DNA of 64,000 nucleotides from a virus, in the IMG/VR virus record IMGVR_UViG_3300007760_001418, positions 23,821 through 87,820 of that record. The stretch is one strand, 5' to 3'. The notes below the pieces were generated by a model. The model was not told where the DNA came from. It worked only from the letters and a program-made list of their open reading frames with translations, and made no database searches. Made by a program: the position numbers and the translations under genes. Shown one piece after another: positions 37,968 through 48,146 of this stretch (its first letter is position 1; the number at the start of each line of letters is the position of its first letter).

Positions 37968-38643
37968 TAATACACGCATTCTCGGCCACAGGGGAGATTT
38001 AGAAAACTACAGCTCAAACACAAAAGAAAGTGTGCTATCGGCATTTGCTCTGAGCGATGGTGTTGAGATAGACATTAATATTTCAAAAGATAATATTTTC
38101 TTCTTTTATCATGAAGAAGACTGGCCTACTGGTGGCAAAATTCTAGCAAGGAATATGGATATTTCTGAAATTAGAGATATCTGCCCCAACGGCGAAACGG
38201 TACTCACCCTTCAAGAGGCCCTATCTTTAGCACATGAACACCAAAAAATATTGTGTATTCATATGGAACTCGGCGGCGGCGGCCGCCGGTGGACCAGCCC
38301 GCTCACTGGAGATGAGATTAAACAGCTGCTTAAAATAATTGACGAAAGCAGGATCTCTAAAGAACTAATCATGCTTCATACCACATCCCCTCGACTTGCA
38401 AGATCATATTATAATGAAGGATATACAGTCTTTTTACGGGGTTCTTGTATTGAGAGAAGGGGTATGTATCGATTTAATGAGTACAGAAATATAGTAAAAA
38501 ATAAAGTTGATCTTAGCAAAAGCATGGCCTACACATTAAATAGTCGGCATGAAATTGGTGCTACTATAAGCAAGGGATTTGGGTATATACTGACAGATAA
38601 CTTATCACTAACAAAACCTGGTCTATGGGGAACTAATAAATGA
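37960..38643 (+). CDS. Glycerophosphodiester phosphodiesterase (GDPD)-like protein
   Basis: ILGHRG, NT, GVEIDI, TLQEAL, AYTLN and ILTDN. Confidence 0.75.
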   Translation: MISNTRILGHRGDLENYSSNTKESVLSAFALSDGVEIDINISKDNIFFFYHEEDWPTGGKILARNMDISEIRDICPNGETVLTLQEALSLAHEHQKILCIHMELGGGGRRWTSPLTGDEIKQLLKIIDESRISKELIMLHTTSPRLARSYYNEGYTVFLRGSCIERRGMYRFNEYRNIVKNKVDLSKSMAYTLNSRHEIGATISKGFGYILTDNLSLTKPGLWGTNK

Positions 38644-39602
38644 AAACCACAGATGATAGAACATATTACTCTAGGACTGGCAACAAAAAAAAGAAATTTG
38701 TTAGGGATTTTGTTTCGAAATATCCTGAAGCTAAAAAAATATTTGATGTTGGCTGTAACAATGGAGACATGTCTTATCCACTTCAGAAAGAATTGAATAA
38801 AGACGTCTATGGTATAGATTTATCCAAAGAACTCAAAACCCCACATGATTATCAGATGGATATAGTTGATATCATGAAGTGGGACTTACTATACCCGAAT
38901 GACATTACTCTTTTCTTTAGTCTTTATCACCACCTTTTAGCAAAACATGGTATCGACGAGGTTGATGATCTATTTTATAAACTTCTTCTTCATACAAAAC
39001 ATTTGTTATTTGATGTAGGAAATTTAAGTGAAAAGCTTAGGCAGTCTCAGTACTGGTACCCTATACAGAAAAAATACTTCAAAAATGAAAAAGATCTATT
39101 TGATCATTTTGGAATTGATTATAATGTATTGGGTAAGTGGGACACCGGGGGAGGCACAAGGACTGTAGTTTCTTTTTCATCCTCTAGTTTTGACGGCGCT
39201 ATAGAGGTAGTAGAAGAATACAGGAGACTAATTGGCAGTTCCAATTCGGCGAAGGGACTTTTAGAGAAGAACTCTAAAGATCCAGAAATTTATACCGGTG
39301 CCGAGTATAAGAAACTAAAGCTAGGTAACAAACTGTTTTTTTCTAAAAAACATAAAGATGAAGACCGCCAGAAAAGAGAACTGAAGAATATAGAGAAAAT
39401 TTATAATTCATCTGACAGTAGTCTCAAAAATAAGCTTATCCGATATTACGGCCACTCAACAACCTACGGATTCATTTATGAATGGATTGATGATTTTATT
39501 TATAGTGGAAAAACTAGCATTAAGGTACCTGGCCTGACCTTGACGGATGTCGACATTATTAAGGTTGGCAAAAATAAAAAATATATAGACTTTGAACGAT
39601 AA
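38640..39602 (+). CDS. Class I SAM-dependent methyltransferase-like protein with a C-terminal extension
   Basis: IFDVGCNNG, YGIDLS and SLYHH; the C-terminus ends in a YIDFE motif. Confidence 0.7.
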   Translation: MKTTDDRTYYSRTGNKKKKFVRDFVSKYPEAKKIFDVGCNNGDMSYPLQKELNKDVYGIDLSKELKTPHDYQMDIVDIMKWDLLYPNDITLFFSLYHHLLAKHGIDEVDDLFYKLLLHTKHLLFDVGNLSEKLRQSQYWYPIQKKYFKNEKDLFDHFGIDYNVLGKWDTGGGTRTVVSFSSSSFDGAIEVVEEYRRLIGSSNSAKGLLEKNSKDPEIYTGAEYKKLKLGNKLFFSKKHKDEDRQKRELKNIEKIYNSSDSSLKNKLIRYYGHSTTYGFIYEWIDDFIYSGKTSIKVPGLTLTDVDIIKVGKNKKYIDFER

Positions 39603-39603
39603 A

Positions 39604-40593
39604 ATGCTACTTATTTGTTACGGCACTCGCCCAGAATACTTAAAAATAAAGCCACTTCTAAAAAAGATGGAAGGTCAATTGGAGTTTCGTACGCTGTTCA
39701 CAGGGCAACACACTGATCTAATAGAAGGCAATACAGCCCCAGACTATGTTGTCTCTATATGCTCTGGAAAAAATCGTCTAAATTCAATAATTGCTTCTAC
39801 CATAGACTGTATGGATTTTGAAAAAGAGGGAATAACATCCGTCCTTGTGCAAGGGGACACAACATCCGCAATGTCACTAGCCATTAGCGCATTTAATCAA
39901 CAAATACCGGTAATACATCTTGAAGCAGGTTTACGAACATATAATCTTCACCAACCATACCCAGAAGAGGCAAATCGTCAAATCATAGGGAGAATAGCAT
40001 CTTTAAGCTTATGCCCGACGACGCTATCAGCACAAAGGCTTAATGATGAAAAATCATATGGTGTTACTGAGGTTGTAGGCAATACTGTTTTGGACAACCT
40101 AACTGGTCTTAGCACTACCACTAAAAATAATGTCCTCGTAACCCTGCACCGCCGCGAAAATCATACTATGATAGCGGAGTGGTTTAGGGAAATAGAAAAA
40201 GTATCCTTACAACATGATTGTGAATTTATACTTCCCATACATCCAAACCCAAACGTTATTTGTCACAAGGGTATTTTAAGTAACGTAAAGGTTGTAGATC
40301 CAATGCCATATCAAGAGCTTTTACAACACCTGGCCGATTGTTCATTTGTTATAACAGATAGTGGGGGAATACAAGAAGAAGCAGCATTTTTGAGAAAACC
40401 ATGCATTGTATGCCGCAAAAAAACTGAGAGATCAGAGGGACTAAATAATTTTTCGATATTATGTGAAGAGCCAAAGCTATTATCAGAGAGAATAGCTCAA
40501 TCAAAAGGCCTGAAAATGAAAGGGGATTGCCCATATGGCGATGGCAAATCTTCTGGTAGGATTGTAAGAATTATTAAGGATTTTATGAAATGA
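39604..40593 (+). CDS. wecB: UDP-N-acetylglucosamine 2-epimerase (non-hydrolysing)
   Basis: GTRPE, TGQH, QGDT, HLEAGLR, PEEANR, TLHRREN, TDSGGIQEE and PYGDG. Confidence 0.93.
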   Translation: MLLICYGTRPEYLKIKPLLKKMEGQLEFRTLFTGQHTDLIEGNTAPDYVVSICSGKNRLNSIIASTIDCMDFEKEGITSVLVQGDTTSAMSLAISAFNQQIPVIHLEAGLRTYNLHQPYPEEANRQIIGRIASLSLCPTTLSAQRLNDEKSYGVTEVVGNTVLDNLTGLSTTTKNNVLVTLHRRENHTMIAEWFREIEKVSLQHDCEFILPIHPNPNVICHKGILSNVKVVDPMPYQELLQHLADCSFVITDSGGIQEEAAFLRKPCIVCRKKTERSEGLNNFSILCEEPKLLSERIAQSKGLKMKGDCPYGDGKSSGRIVRIIKDFMK

Positions 40594-41525
40594 AGGTATT
40601 AGTAACAGGTGCATCAGGAATGGTTGGCCATTCTTTTCGGGAGAATATCAAGCTTCCATATAGCTATGAATTTGTATTTGTCGGTGGTGGAGATTGTGAC
40701 CTAACAAATCGAGCTGCAACATTTAAGCTATTCAAAGAGACCCAACCAGATTACGTTATCCACCTTGCCGCAAAGGTAGGTGGTGTGAAGGGTAATACAG
40801 ATTATGTCGCCGACTTCTACACCCAGAATATTCAGATGAATACAAATGTTTTGGATGCAGCGTATGTTTTCAAGGCCAAGAAAGTTGTTTCTCTTTTAAG
40901 TACATGCGTTTATCCGGATTCTGCGACATATCCACTAACGGAAGATCAGATCCATAAAGGCCCACCACACAGATCAAATTTTGGATATGCATATGCCAAG
41001 AGAATGCTGGATATCCAGTCTCAGGCATATCGCCAACAGCATGGTTGCAATTTCATAACCGCAGTGCCAAACAATTTATTCGGCGAGAATGACAGCTTCC
41101 ATCTGACAGACGGCCATGTTATCCCAGCGTTAATCCGAAAAGTGTATGAGGCAAAAATCAATAATGAGCCGACAGTAACATTTTGGGGCGATGGAAGCCC
41201 ACTCCGCGAATTCACACATTCAGATGATATTGCCAGGCTGTTGCTCTTTCTTTTGGAGAGATATAACAGCGCAGCACCCGTTAACATCGGAAACACCGGT
41301 GAGGTTAGCATTAAAGAGGTTGCTGAAAATATTATAGAGAATATAGGATATGAGGGTACAGTGGTATGGGATACCTCAATGCCAGCTGGCCAGCATAGAA
41401 AACCATCCTCAAATAATAAACTAATGGAAATGAGGTGGTATCCATATTCTGACTTTAAGACGTCACTAGCTAGTACGTGCAATTGGTTTATACAAAACTA
41501 TCCTAATGTTCGTGGAATCAGTTGA
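40590..41525 (+). CDS. fcl: GDP-L-fucose synthase
   Basis: VTGASGMVG, HLAAKVGG, LSTCVYP, YAYAK, HVIPALIRK and WGDGSPLREF. Confidence 0.92.
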   Translation: MKVLVTGASGMVGHSFRENIKLPYSYEFVFVGGGDCDLTNRAATFKLFKETQPDYVIHLAAKVGGVKGNTDYVADFYTQNIQMNTNVLDAAYVFKAKKVVSLLSTCVYPDSATYPLTEDQIHKGPPHRSNFGYAYAKRMLDIQSQAYRQQHGCNFITAVPNNLFGENDSFHLTDGHVIPALIRKVYEAKINNEPTVTFWGDGSPLREFTHSDDIARLLLFLLERYNSAAPVNIGNTGEVSIKEVAENIIENIGYEGTVVWDTSMPAGQHRKPSSNNKLMEMRWYPYSDFKTSLASTCNWFIQNYPNVRGIS

Positions 41526-41550
41526 ACAGTCGAGAATAGTTAGTTATAAT
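41522..41550 (+). promoter_or_regulatory. Sigma70-type promoter
   Basis: TTGAAC-17 nt-TATAAT. Confidence 0.6.
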
Positions 41551-41572
41551 AATTGTGAAGGAGTTTCAAAAC

Positions 41573-42565
41573 ATGAAAACAGTATTGATTACAGGGGTCG
41601 CCGGTCTACTTGGCGCAAATTTTTCTAAGTACTTGCTAAGTGAGGGATACAATGTTGTAGGCATTGACAACCTATCCGGCGGATTCAAGAGTTCTATCGA
41701 TGAACGGGTTGATTTTTATGAAGTTGATCTCAATGATCATACTGATGTAGATCGTGTCTTTCGAAAGACGAACCCAGACTACGTCTATCACTTTGCCGCA
41801 TATGCCGCTGAGGGATTAAGCCCATATATCAGGCGCTACAACTATATGAACAATGTTGTTTGTTCTGCAAATGTAGTTAATGCATGTGTCAATTTTGGTG
41901 TGGAGAAGATTATCTTTACCTCATCGATGGCAGTGTATGGTGAAGGCAATCCACCCTTTACAGAGGACCAACCACAAACTCCTGAAGACCCTTACGGCAT
42001 CGCAAAGTATGCTGTTGAGATGGACCTTAAGCTAGCTAAGGAGCATTTCGGCCTAGACTATTCGATCGTCCGCCCACATAATGTTGTAGGAACGTTCCAG
42101 AATATCTGGGATCGGTACCGCAATGTTATTGGTATCTGGATTCGCCAGTCAATGAGGGGTGAGCCACTTACAATCTTTGGTGATGGAACACAGATTAGAG
42201 CATTCTCTGATATCAAGTTCTACATGGAACCCTTTGAAAGATTGATGCTTGAATATCCTGGTGAGACGTTCAACATTGGTGCCGATAAGGACTGGACCAT
42301 CAATGAAGCAGCCAACCTTGTTGCCAAGGTGGCCCGTGAGTTTGGTTATGAGCCAGGTATTACTCATCTCGAAAAGAGAAATGAAGTACACACAGCATAC
42401 TCAGACCACACCAAGGCTAAAGAACTTTTAGGGTTTCAGGATGATACGAATCTTGAAGATACTATCAGAGAAATGTTTGCTTGGGCGGAATCCCAACCGG
42501 CTCATGAAGTAGCATACTTTGATTATGAGATTGAAAAGAACCTGTACAGTTTCTGGAAGAAATAA
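41573..42565 (+). CDS. NAD-dependent epimerase/dehydratase (extended SDR)
   Basis: [24 protein letters not shown] and GDGTQIRAF. Confidence 0.9.
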   Translation: MKTVLITGVAGLLGANFSKYLLSEGYNVVGIDNLSGGFKSSIDERVDFYEVDLNDHTDVDRVFRKTNPDYVYHFAAYAAEGLSPYIRRYNYMNNVVCSANVVNACVNFGVEKIIFTSSMAVYGEGNPPFTEDQPQTPEDPYGIAKYAVEMDLKLAKEHFGLDYSIVRPHNVVGTFQNIWDRYRNVIGIWIRQSMRGEPLTIFGDGTQIRAFSDIKFYMEPFERLMLEYPGETFNIGADKDWTINEAANLVAKVAREFGYEPGITHLEKRNEVHTAYSDHTKAKELLGFQDDTNLEDTIREMFAWAESQPAHEVAYFDYEIEKNLYSFWKK

Positions 42566-43548
42566 TGAAGACTGCCCTGGTCACAGGAATAACTGGGCAG
42601 GATGGATCATATCTAGCAGAACTTCTTCTCAGTAAAGGCTATAAGGTTGTAGGCGTCAAGCGCCGCACATCTTTAATTACCACTGATCGAATTGATCATA
42701 TTTATGAGCATCCAAATTTTAAGATGGTCTATGGTAATATGCATGATGCAACATCTCTGTATCGCATTGTAGAAGAACATAAGCCAGATGAAGTATACAA
42801 TATAGCAGCACAGTCTCATGTGAGGGTTTCGTTTGAAGTTCCAGAAGAAACTACAGACTCAGTTGCCCTGGGTACTCTTCGTCTCTTAGAGGCATGTAGG
42901 CTATTAGCTCCTAATGCGAGATACTATCAGGCATCCTCTTCTGAGATGTATGGGGATAATCCTAATGTGCCACAAAATGAGGACACCAGGATGACACCAG
43001 CATCTCCTTATGCATGTGCAAAGCTGTTCGGACATAACCTTGTCCGCAACTACCGCATCGGGTACGGAATGCACGCATCATCTGGAATTCTATTCAACCA
43101 TGAGAGCCCCCGCCGTGGCGAAACGTTTGTAACAAGGAAAATAACCTTGGCAGCAGCCAGAATAAAGTTGGGCCTTCAAGATAAGCTTTACCTCGGCAAT
43201 CTCGACGCAAAGCGAGACTGGGGATTTGCTGGTGACTACGTAAATGCAATGTGGCTGATGCTCCAACAAGATAAACCAGGAGATTATGTTATTGCAACTG
43301 GGGAAACCCATACTGTTAAAGAATTTCTTCAGGTAGTCTTTGACCATGCCGGCTTGGATGTGGAAAAACATACAGGCTTTGATGAGAGGTTCATGCGCCC
43401 ACACGAGGTACCGGTTTTACTTGGTGATCCAACCCTAGCTAAAAAGACACTAGGGTGGGAGCCAACAGTTAAGTTCAGCGAGCTGGCAAAAATGATGTAT
43501 GAAGCAGATCTAATTGAGGTCCAAAAAGAGAAAAGATCTCTCGGCTGA
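42565..43548 (+). CDS. gmd: GDP-mannose 4,6-dehydratase
   Basis: [49 protein letters not shown] and [11 protein letters not shown]. Confidence 0.96.
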   Translation: MKTALVTGITGQDGSYLAELLLSKGYKVVGVKRRTSLITTDRIDHIYEHPNFKMVYGNMHDATSLYRIVEEHKPDEVYNIAAQSHVRVSFEVPEETTDSVALGTLRLLEACRLLAPNARYYQASSSEMYGDNPNVPQNEDTRMTPASPYACAKLFGHNLVRNYRIGYGMHASSGILFNHESPRRGETFVTRKITLAAARIKLGLQDKLYLGNLDAKRDWGFAGDYVNAMWLMLQQDKPGDYVIATGETHTVKEFLQVVFDHAGLDVEKHTGFDERFMRPHEVPVLLGDPTLAKKTLGWEPTVKFSELAKMMYEADLIEVQKEKRSLG

Positions 43549-43593
43549 ACATTTCCTCTATCTTGTGTAAAATAGTTCATAGTATGGTATAAT
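43545..43593 (+). promoter_or_regulatory. Tandem sigma70-type promoters
   Basis: CTGAAC-17-TAAAAT and GTGTAA-17-TATAAT upstream of the nuclease. Confidence 0.5.
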
Positions 43594-43609
43594 AAATCAT
43601 AGGTGATGA

Positions 43610-44458
43610 ATGACTGATTTTCCAACAGGTAAAGGCCACGTTTCTTATTCAGAAGTAAAAAACTGGAAAGAATGTGCCTTTAGACATAAGCTTCAACAGA
43701 TCGACAAAATCGATATGTTTTCCCCTTCACCGTTCCTTGATTATGGAACGATCGTTCACGAGGGTTGTGAACACTTTCTTAAGACCCGTGAGATCGATCT
43801 TGAACCAATCGAAAAAGCACTTCGGCTAGCTTGGAAGAAGAAGGGGTTCGATGAGCCTGACAGTCCCTGGCGCGCCAATCCTCCAGGGTGGTATAAGTAT
43901 GAGCCCATTGATACATGGGTTAAGTGGGCAAAGACGTGCCTAACAGATCTTCCAGCTTTCATGGAAGAAACGTTCCCAGGGTGGACATACATTACTGCTG
44001 AGGAACAGCTTTATGAACTTATTCCCAAGGACACTTTAAAGTTTAAGGGATTTATCGATGGTATCATTAAGACAAAAACAAAGTCAGGAAAAAGTAAAGC
44101 ATTCATCCTTGATTGGAAGACAGCTGGTGAACGTGGGTGGCATTACCAAAAACGAAAAGATTGGTTAATCCATGCACAGTTGGCCTTGTATAAAAACTTT
44201 TGGTCTAGAAAGCATAGTATAAGTCCTGAGGACATCAAGAACATACAATGTGGGTTTATCCTCCTAAAAAGAGGGGGGCCGCCAGGGGATTCATGTGAGC
44301 TCTTAAAAGTATCTGTGGGCCCTAGTACGGCAATGCGCGCAGACAAGATGGTCACAGATATGATAAAATCAGTAAGGAAGGGACTCTTTCTTAAAAATAG
44401 AAACTCATGCAAGTATTGTGACTATAAAGACACTGTACATTGCCCAAGTGGAGGATAA
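43610..44458 (+). CDS. PD-(D/E)XK nuclease, Cas4/AddB-like with an Fe-S staple
   Basis: SYSEV..WKEC, GTIVH, FKGFIDG, ILDWKT, QLALY and C-terminal CKYCDY...C. Confidence 0.85.
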   Translation: MTDFPTGKGHVSYSEVKNWKECAFRHKLQQIDKIDMFSPSPFLDYGTIVHEGCEHFLKTREIDLEPIEKALRLAWKKKGFDEPDSPWRANPPGWYKYEPIDTWVKWAKTCLTDLPAFMEETFPGWTYITAEEQLYELIPKDTLKFKGFIDGIIKTKTKSGKSKAFILDWKTAGERGWHYQKRKDWLIHAQLALYKNFWSRKHSISPEDIKNIQCGFILLKRGGPPGDSCELLKVSVGPSTAMRADKMVTDMIKSVRKGLFLKNRNSCKYCDYKDTVHCPSGG

Positions 44459-44459
44459 C

Positions 44460-45317
44460 ATGAATAATTTTGGAATTGTGGGACAAGGATTTGTTGGCGG
44501 CGCTCTTAGGGAGGGAATGCAACATGCATTTTCTATCGAGACATATGACATAGACCCAAATAAGGGTTCGACAGTTGGTAGCATTAACGAACTGGTCAAT
44601 AAGGTTGATAAGATTATCTTTGTTTGTTTACCAACACCAATGGACTCAGAGGGTAGGTGTAGCACAAAAATTGTTGAGGATGCAATCACAGAAATTAATG
44701 ATGTTGCTACCCATCTTCGAAAGAAGATAATTGTTGTTATTAAGTCGACCATCGAGCCAGGTACAACAGAAAGACTAAATAAGCGATATTCAGGTGTAAC
44801 TGTAGCATTTCAACCAGAGTTTCTCACAGAGGCTAATGCAGTAGATGATTTTAAGAATCAGTCACGCATTATTATTGGTGCTCCACGTCCCGCATCTGGA
44901 ACTATTAAGACACTATTTCGAAAAGCATTTCCCAAGACACCGATTGTTAAAACTAGCTCTACCATTGCAGAGACAGTAAAATATTTTACAAACTGCTTTT
45001 TGGCCACAAAGGTCAGCTTTGCAAATGAAATGAAACAAGTTTGTGATGGTATTGGGATTGATTATGATAAGGTAGTAGAATATGCGTTATATGATGATAG
45101 AATTGGCAACTCACACCTTTCAGTGCCAGGCCCTGATGGAAACCTTGGTTTTGGCGGCCATTGTTTTCCTAAGGATCTAAATGCAATTAGATACCTTGCA
45201 CGCTTGGTCGGTGTGGAACCAACTATATTGAGTGCCGTTTGGGATAAAAACTTAGAAGTTCGAACTGAGAATGATAGAGACTGGCTGAAGATGAAGGGCC
45301 GAGCAATCATCGACTGA
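44460..45317 (+). CDS. UDP-glucose/GDP-mannose dehydrogenase family protein, lacking the C-terminal domain
   Basis: GIVGQGFVG, CLPTP, IKSTIEPGT, PEFL, AETVKY and GFGGHCFPKD; GGAGG RBS. Confidence 0.88.
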   Translation: MNNFGIVGQGFVGGALREGMQHAFSIETYDIDPNKGSTVGSINELVNKVDKIIFVCLPTPMDSEGRCSTKIVEDAITEINDVATHLRKKIIVVIKSTIEPGTTERLNKRYSGVTVAFQPEFLTEANAVDDFKNQSRIIIGAPRPASGTIKTLFRKAFPKTPIVKTSSTIAETVKYFTNCFLATKVSFANEMKQVCDGIGIDYDKVVEYALYDDRIGNSHLSVPGPDGNLGFGGHCFPKDLNAIRYLARLVGVEPTILSAVWDKNLEVRTENDRDWLKMKGRAIID

Positions 45318-45343
45318 TCGAGCAGATTAGAATTAACTCTTTC

Positions 45344-45393
45344 GGGCAAATGTGTAGTATGGTATTAGTACTGTGCACACTTTGCCCTTTTTT
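45344..45393 (+). terminator. Putative Rho-independent terminator
   Basis: GGGCAAA...TTTGCCC stem, extended by TGTG/CACA, followed by TTTTTT. Confidence 0.5.
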
Positions 45394-45407
45394 GTGAGCT
45401 GCAATTT

Positions 45408-46658
45408 ATGACGAAGAAAAAGAAAAAGATTTTAATGTTGTCGGACCATGCCTTAAGCCCGTCTGGTGTCGGAAACCAGAGCAGGTTTCTAATTGAGGGT
45501 TTGATACAAAAAGGTGAATGGTCAGTTCGCCAATTTGGTGCTGCAATGAAGCACTTAGATTATGGCGTGAAACATGTCAATGATGACTTTATTATTAAGC
45601 CAATCGACGGTTTTGGAAACCCAGAATTAATTAGGTTAACACTAGCCAGCGAAAAACCAGATGTGTTGATTATATTCACAGATCCAAGATTTTTTATCTG
45701 GTTATGGGAGATGGAAGACGAAATTCACCAGGTATGCCCAATAGCATATTGGCATGTTTGGGATAACCGCCCTACACCCAGATTCAATAAGGTATTATAT
45801 GAATCAACGGATGCTATTAATTGTCATTCGCATTTGACCTACGAGATGGTGAGTGAACTAGTTCCCGACAGGACGAAGTTTATCCCACACTCCCTTCCCC
45901 CAGATATGTTTTTTCCATTACCAAAAGACTCTATTAAGAAGTGGAGAGCACAAGTGTTAGGCGAAGATAGAGTAGATCATTTTGTTGCATTTTGGGTAAA
46001 TAGAAATGCAAAACGTAAAAGGGGAAGTGATCTATTAGTATCATGGAAATTATTTGTTGATGAACTAGAGCAAAAGCATGGTCACCGCAATGCAACGTTG
46101 CTACTACATACTGACCCATCTGATAAAGAGGGCCCGAATTTATTTGAAGTAGCAGATAAGCTTGATATTAAAGATGAGATTGTATTTTCGACAGATAGGA
46201 TTGAGTTTCAACAAATGAATATCTTGCATAATATTGCTGATGTACATGTCAATATTGCATATGCAGAAGGCTTTGGCTTGGCAACATTGGAAGCAATGCA
46301 AAGTGGAACACCCATTATCGCTCTAAAAACTGGTGGCCTAACGAGACAGGTTGTTGATCATAGAGATGAGTCAGAGAACGGCATAGCACTTCCGGTAGAG
46401 TTTAGATCTCTTGTAGGCTCTCAACAGGTTCCATTTATATATGAGGACTATGTCTCTAGTGAGACCGTTGCAGCAGCATTTACAGAAATGTATGAAATGG
46501 GACATGAAAAACGGAGTGAGTTAGGCAAGAAGGCCAGAGATTACGTTCTTTCAGAGTTTGCACACCAAGATACAATTGATGCTTGGCATGATTCTCTAAA
46601 TGACTTAATTGATAACTGGAAAGACAGATACCAGCGATGGGAGTGTAACACACTATGA
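45408..46658 (+). CDS. Glycosyltransferase family 4 (GT-B)
   Basis: SGVGNQ, NRNAKRK and AEGFGLATLEAMQSGTPII. Confidence 0.88.
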   Translation: MTKKKKKILMLSDHALSPSGVGNQSRFLIEGLIQKGEWSVRQFGAAMKHLDYGVKHVNDDFIIKPIDGFGNPELIRLTLASEKPDVLIIFTDPRFFIWLWEMEDEIHQVCPIAYWHVWDNRPTPRFNKVLYESTDAINCHSHLTYEMVSELVPDRTKFIPHSLPPDMFFPLPKDSIKKWRAQVLGEDRVDHFVAFWVNRNAKRKRGSDLLVSWKLFVDELEQKHGHRNATLLLHTDPSDKEGPNLFEVADKLDIKDEIVFSTDRIEFQQMNILHNIADVHVNIAYAEGFGLATLEAMQSGTPIIALKTGGLTRQVVDHRDESENGIALPVEFRSLVGSQQVPFIYEDYVSSETVAAAFTEMYEMGHEKRSELGKKARDYVLSEFAHQDTIDAWHDSLNDLIDNWKDRYQRWECNTL

Positions 46659-47827
46659 AAAAAAATGTAGTAATAAGGGCACCGTTGTTGACATATTCTG
46701 GTTACGGAACCCATGCCCGCCAAGTCTTCAGGTGGTTATTGTCTCGAGATGATATTGAGTTATACACACATATTGTCCCCTGGGGCATAACTAGCTGGAT
46801 GATTAACCCTGAACTAGAGGATGGCTTGATAGGTGAGATAATGGATCGAGCCAGGCCGTTACCTGCAGGAAAGCAGTTTGACGTATCATTCCAGGTCCAG
46901 CTCCCTAATGAATGGGATCCAGGTTTAGCAAGGAAAAATGTTGGAATTTCTGCATTTGTAGAAACAGATAAATGTAATCCTCAATGGGTAGCATGCTGCA
47001 ATCGAATGGATGCGATAGTAGTACCCTCTGAACATGTAAAAAGTTGTATAACGTCAGTTGGTAGTTTAACTTCCCCGATCCGCGTCATCCCTGAATCTTT
47101 TTATGATTGTATTAGCAATAAAAAACTTCCAGCTCTTGACCTAGATTTTGATACCGACTTTAACTTCTTAGTCTTCGGGCAGATAACAGGGAACAATCCG
47201 TATAACGACCGAAAGAATCTTTATCACACAATCAAATGGTTATGTGAAACGTTTAAAGATAATGATGATGTGGGCATTGTTCTAAAGACAAATTCTGGAA
47301 AAAATACAAAGATAGATCGGGTTGTTACAACAAAGATCATGAAGAAGCTGGTTGAGGAGGTCCGAGTCGGCCCCAATCCGAAGATACATTTCTTACATGG
47401 TAGTATGACACAAGAAGAGGTAGCAGCACTTTATAGGCACCCGAAAATAAAGGCGATGGTATCACTAACACGAGGAGAAGGCTTTGGCCTTCCTATCTTA
47501 GAGGCCGCCACATCAGCTTTACCAGTTATTGCAACTAATTGGTCAGGGCATCTTGATTTTATGAATCAAGGAAAGTTTTTAAGTGTAAAGTATGAACTTA
47601 AAGAAATTCACTCGTCAAGAATTGATAACACAATATTCATGCCAAATACAAAGTGGGCAGAACCAATTGAAGAAGATGCAAAACAAAGGTTTGAAAAATT
47701 CTATAAAATGTCATCTACACCTAAAAAGTGGGCAAAAGATCTTAGCAAACAACTATTAAAAACTCATTCTCAAGAAACTATATCAAGTCTATATGAAGAG
47801 TTTTTGGGGGGACTAATTAATTGTTAG
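46655..47827 (+). CDS. Glycosyltransferase family 4-like (GT-B)
   Basis: SGYGTHAR, DRKN and RGEGFGLPILEA..LPVIATNWSGHLDF. Confidence 0.88.
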   Translation: MKKNVVIRAPLLTYSGYGTHARQVFRWLLSRDDIELYTHIVPWGITSWMINPELEDGLIGEIMDRARPLPAGKQFDVSFQVQLPNEWDPGLARKNVGISAFVETDKCNPQWVACCNRMDAIVVPSEHVKSCITSVGSLTSPIRVIPESFYDCISNKKLPALDLDFDTDFNFLVFGQITGNNPYNDRKNLYHTIKWLCETFKDNDDVGIVLKTNSGKNTKIDRVVTTKIMKKLVEEVRVGPNPKIHFLHGSMTQEEVAALYRHPKIKAMVSLTRGEGFGLPILEAATSALPVIATNWSGHLDFMNQGKFLSVKYELKEIHSSRIDNTIFMPNTKWAEPIEEDAKQRFEKFYKMSSTPKKWAKDLSKQLLKTHSQETISSLYEEFLGGLINC

Positions 47828-48135
47828 TAAGCAATACAGCATTATTAATGATATTAGGTGCAGTATTAGTGTTGGTCGGTGTACCAACCTATTTTGCGCT
47901 TAAATTCGCCTTAGCTATTTTACGTACTCAAGAGGCATTAGAAGATTCTTTAGACACACTTGATGAAACATATACAAACATATCTACAATTTTGGATAGG
48001 CCATTATTCTATGATAGCCCAGAGATTCGAGGTGTTTTAGATGATGTACGTAATGCCCGTTCTTCTATTTTAGCTGTTGCTAGTGCACTAACAAAGATTG
48101 ATAGCCCCGAAGAGCTCAAGGATGAAGATACTTAA
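47821..48135 (+). CDS. Hypothetical protein with an N-terminal transmembrane helix
   Basis: Hydrophobic N-terminus followed by a helical acidic region. Confidence 0.6.
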   Translation: MLVSNTALLMILGAVLVLVGVPTYFALKFALAILRTQEALEDSLDTLDETYTNISTILDRPLFYDSPEIRGVLDDVRNARSSILAVASALTKIDSPEELKDEDT

Positions 48136-48146
48136 ACTGAGGAGAA

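Noticed and set aside
43610-44458. CRISPR-Cas locus suggested by the Cas4-like gene
   Set aside because: No cas1/cas2 or repeat-spacer array was seen anywhere in the window.
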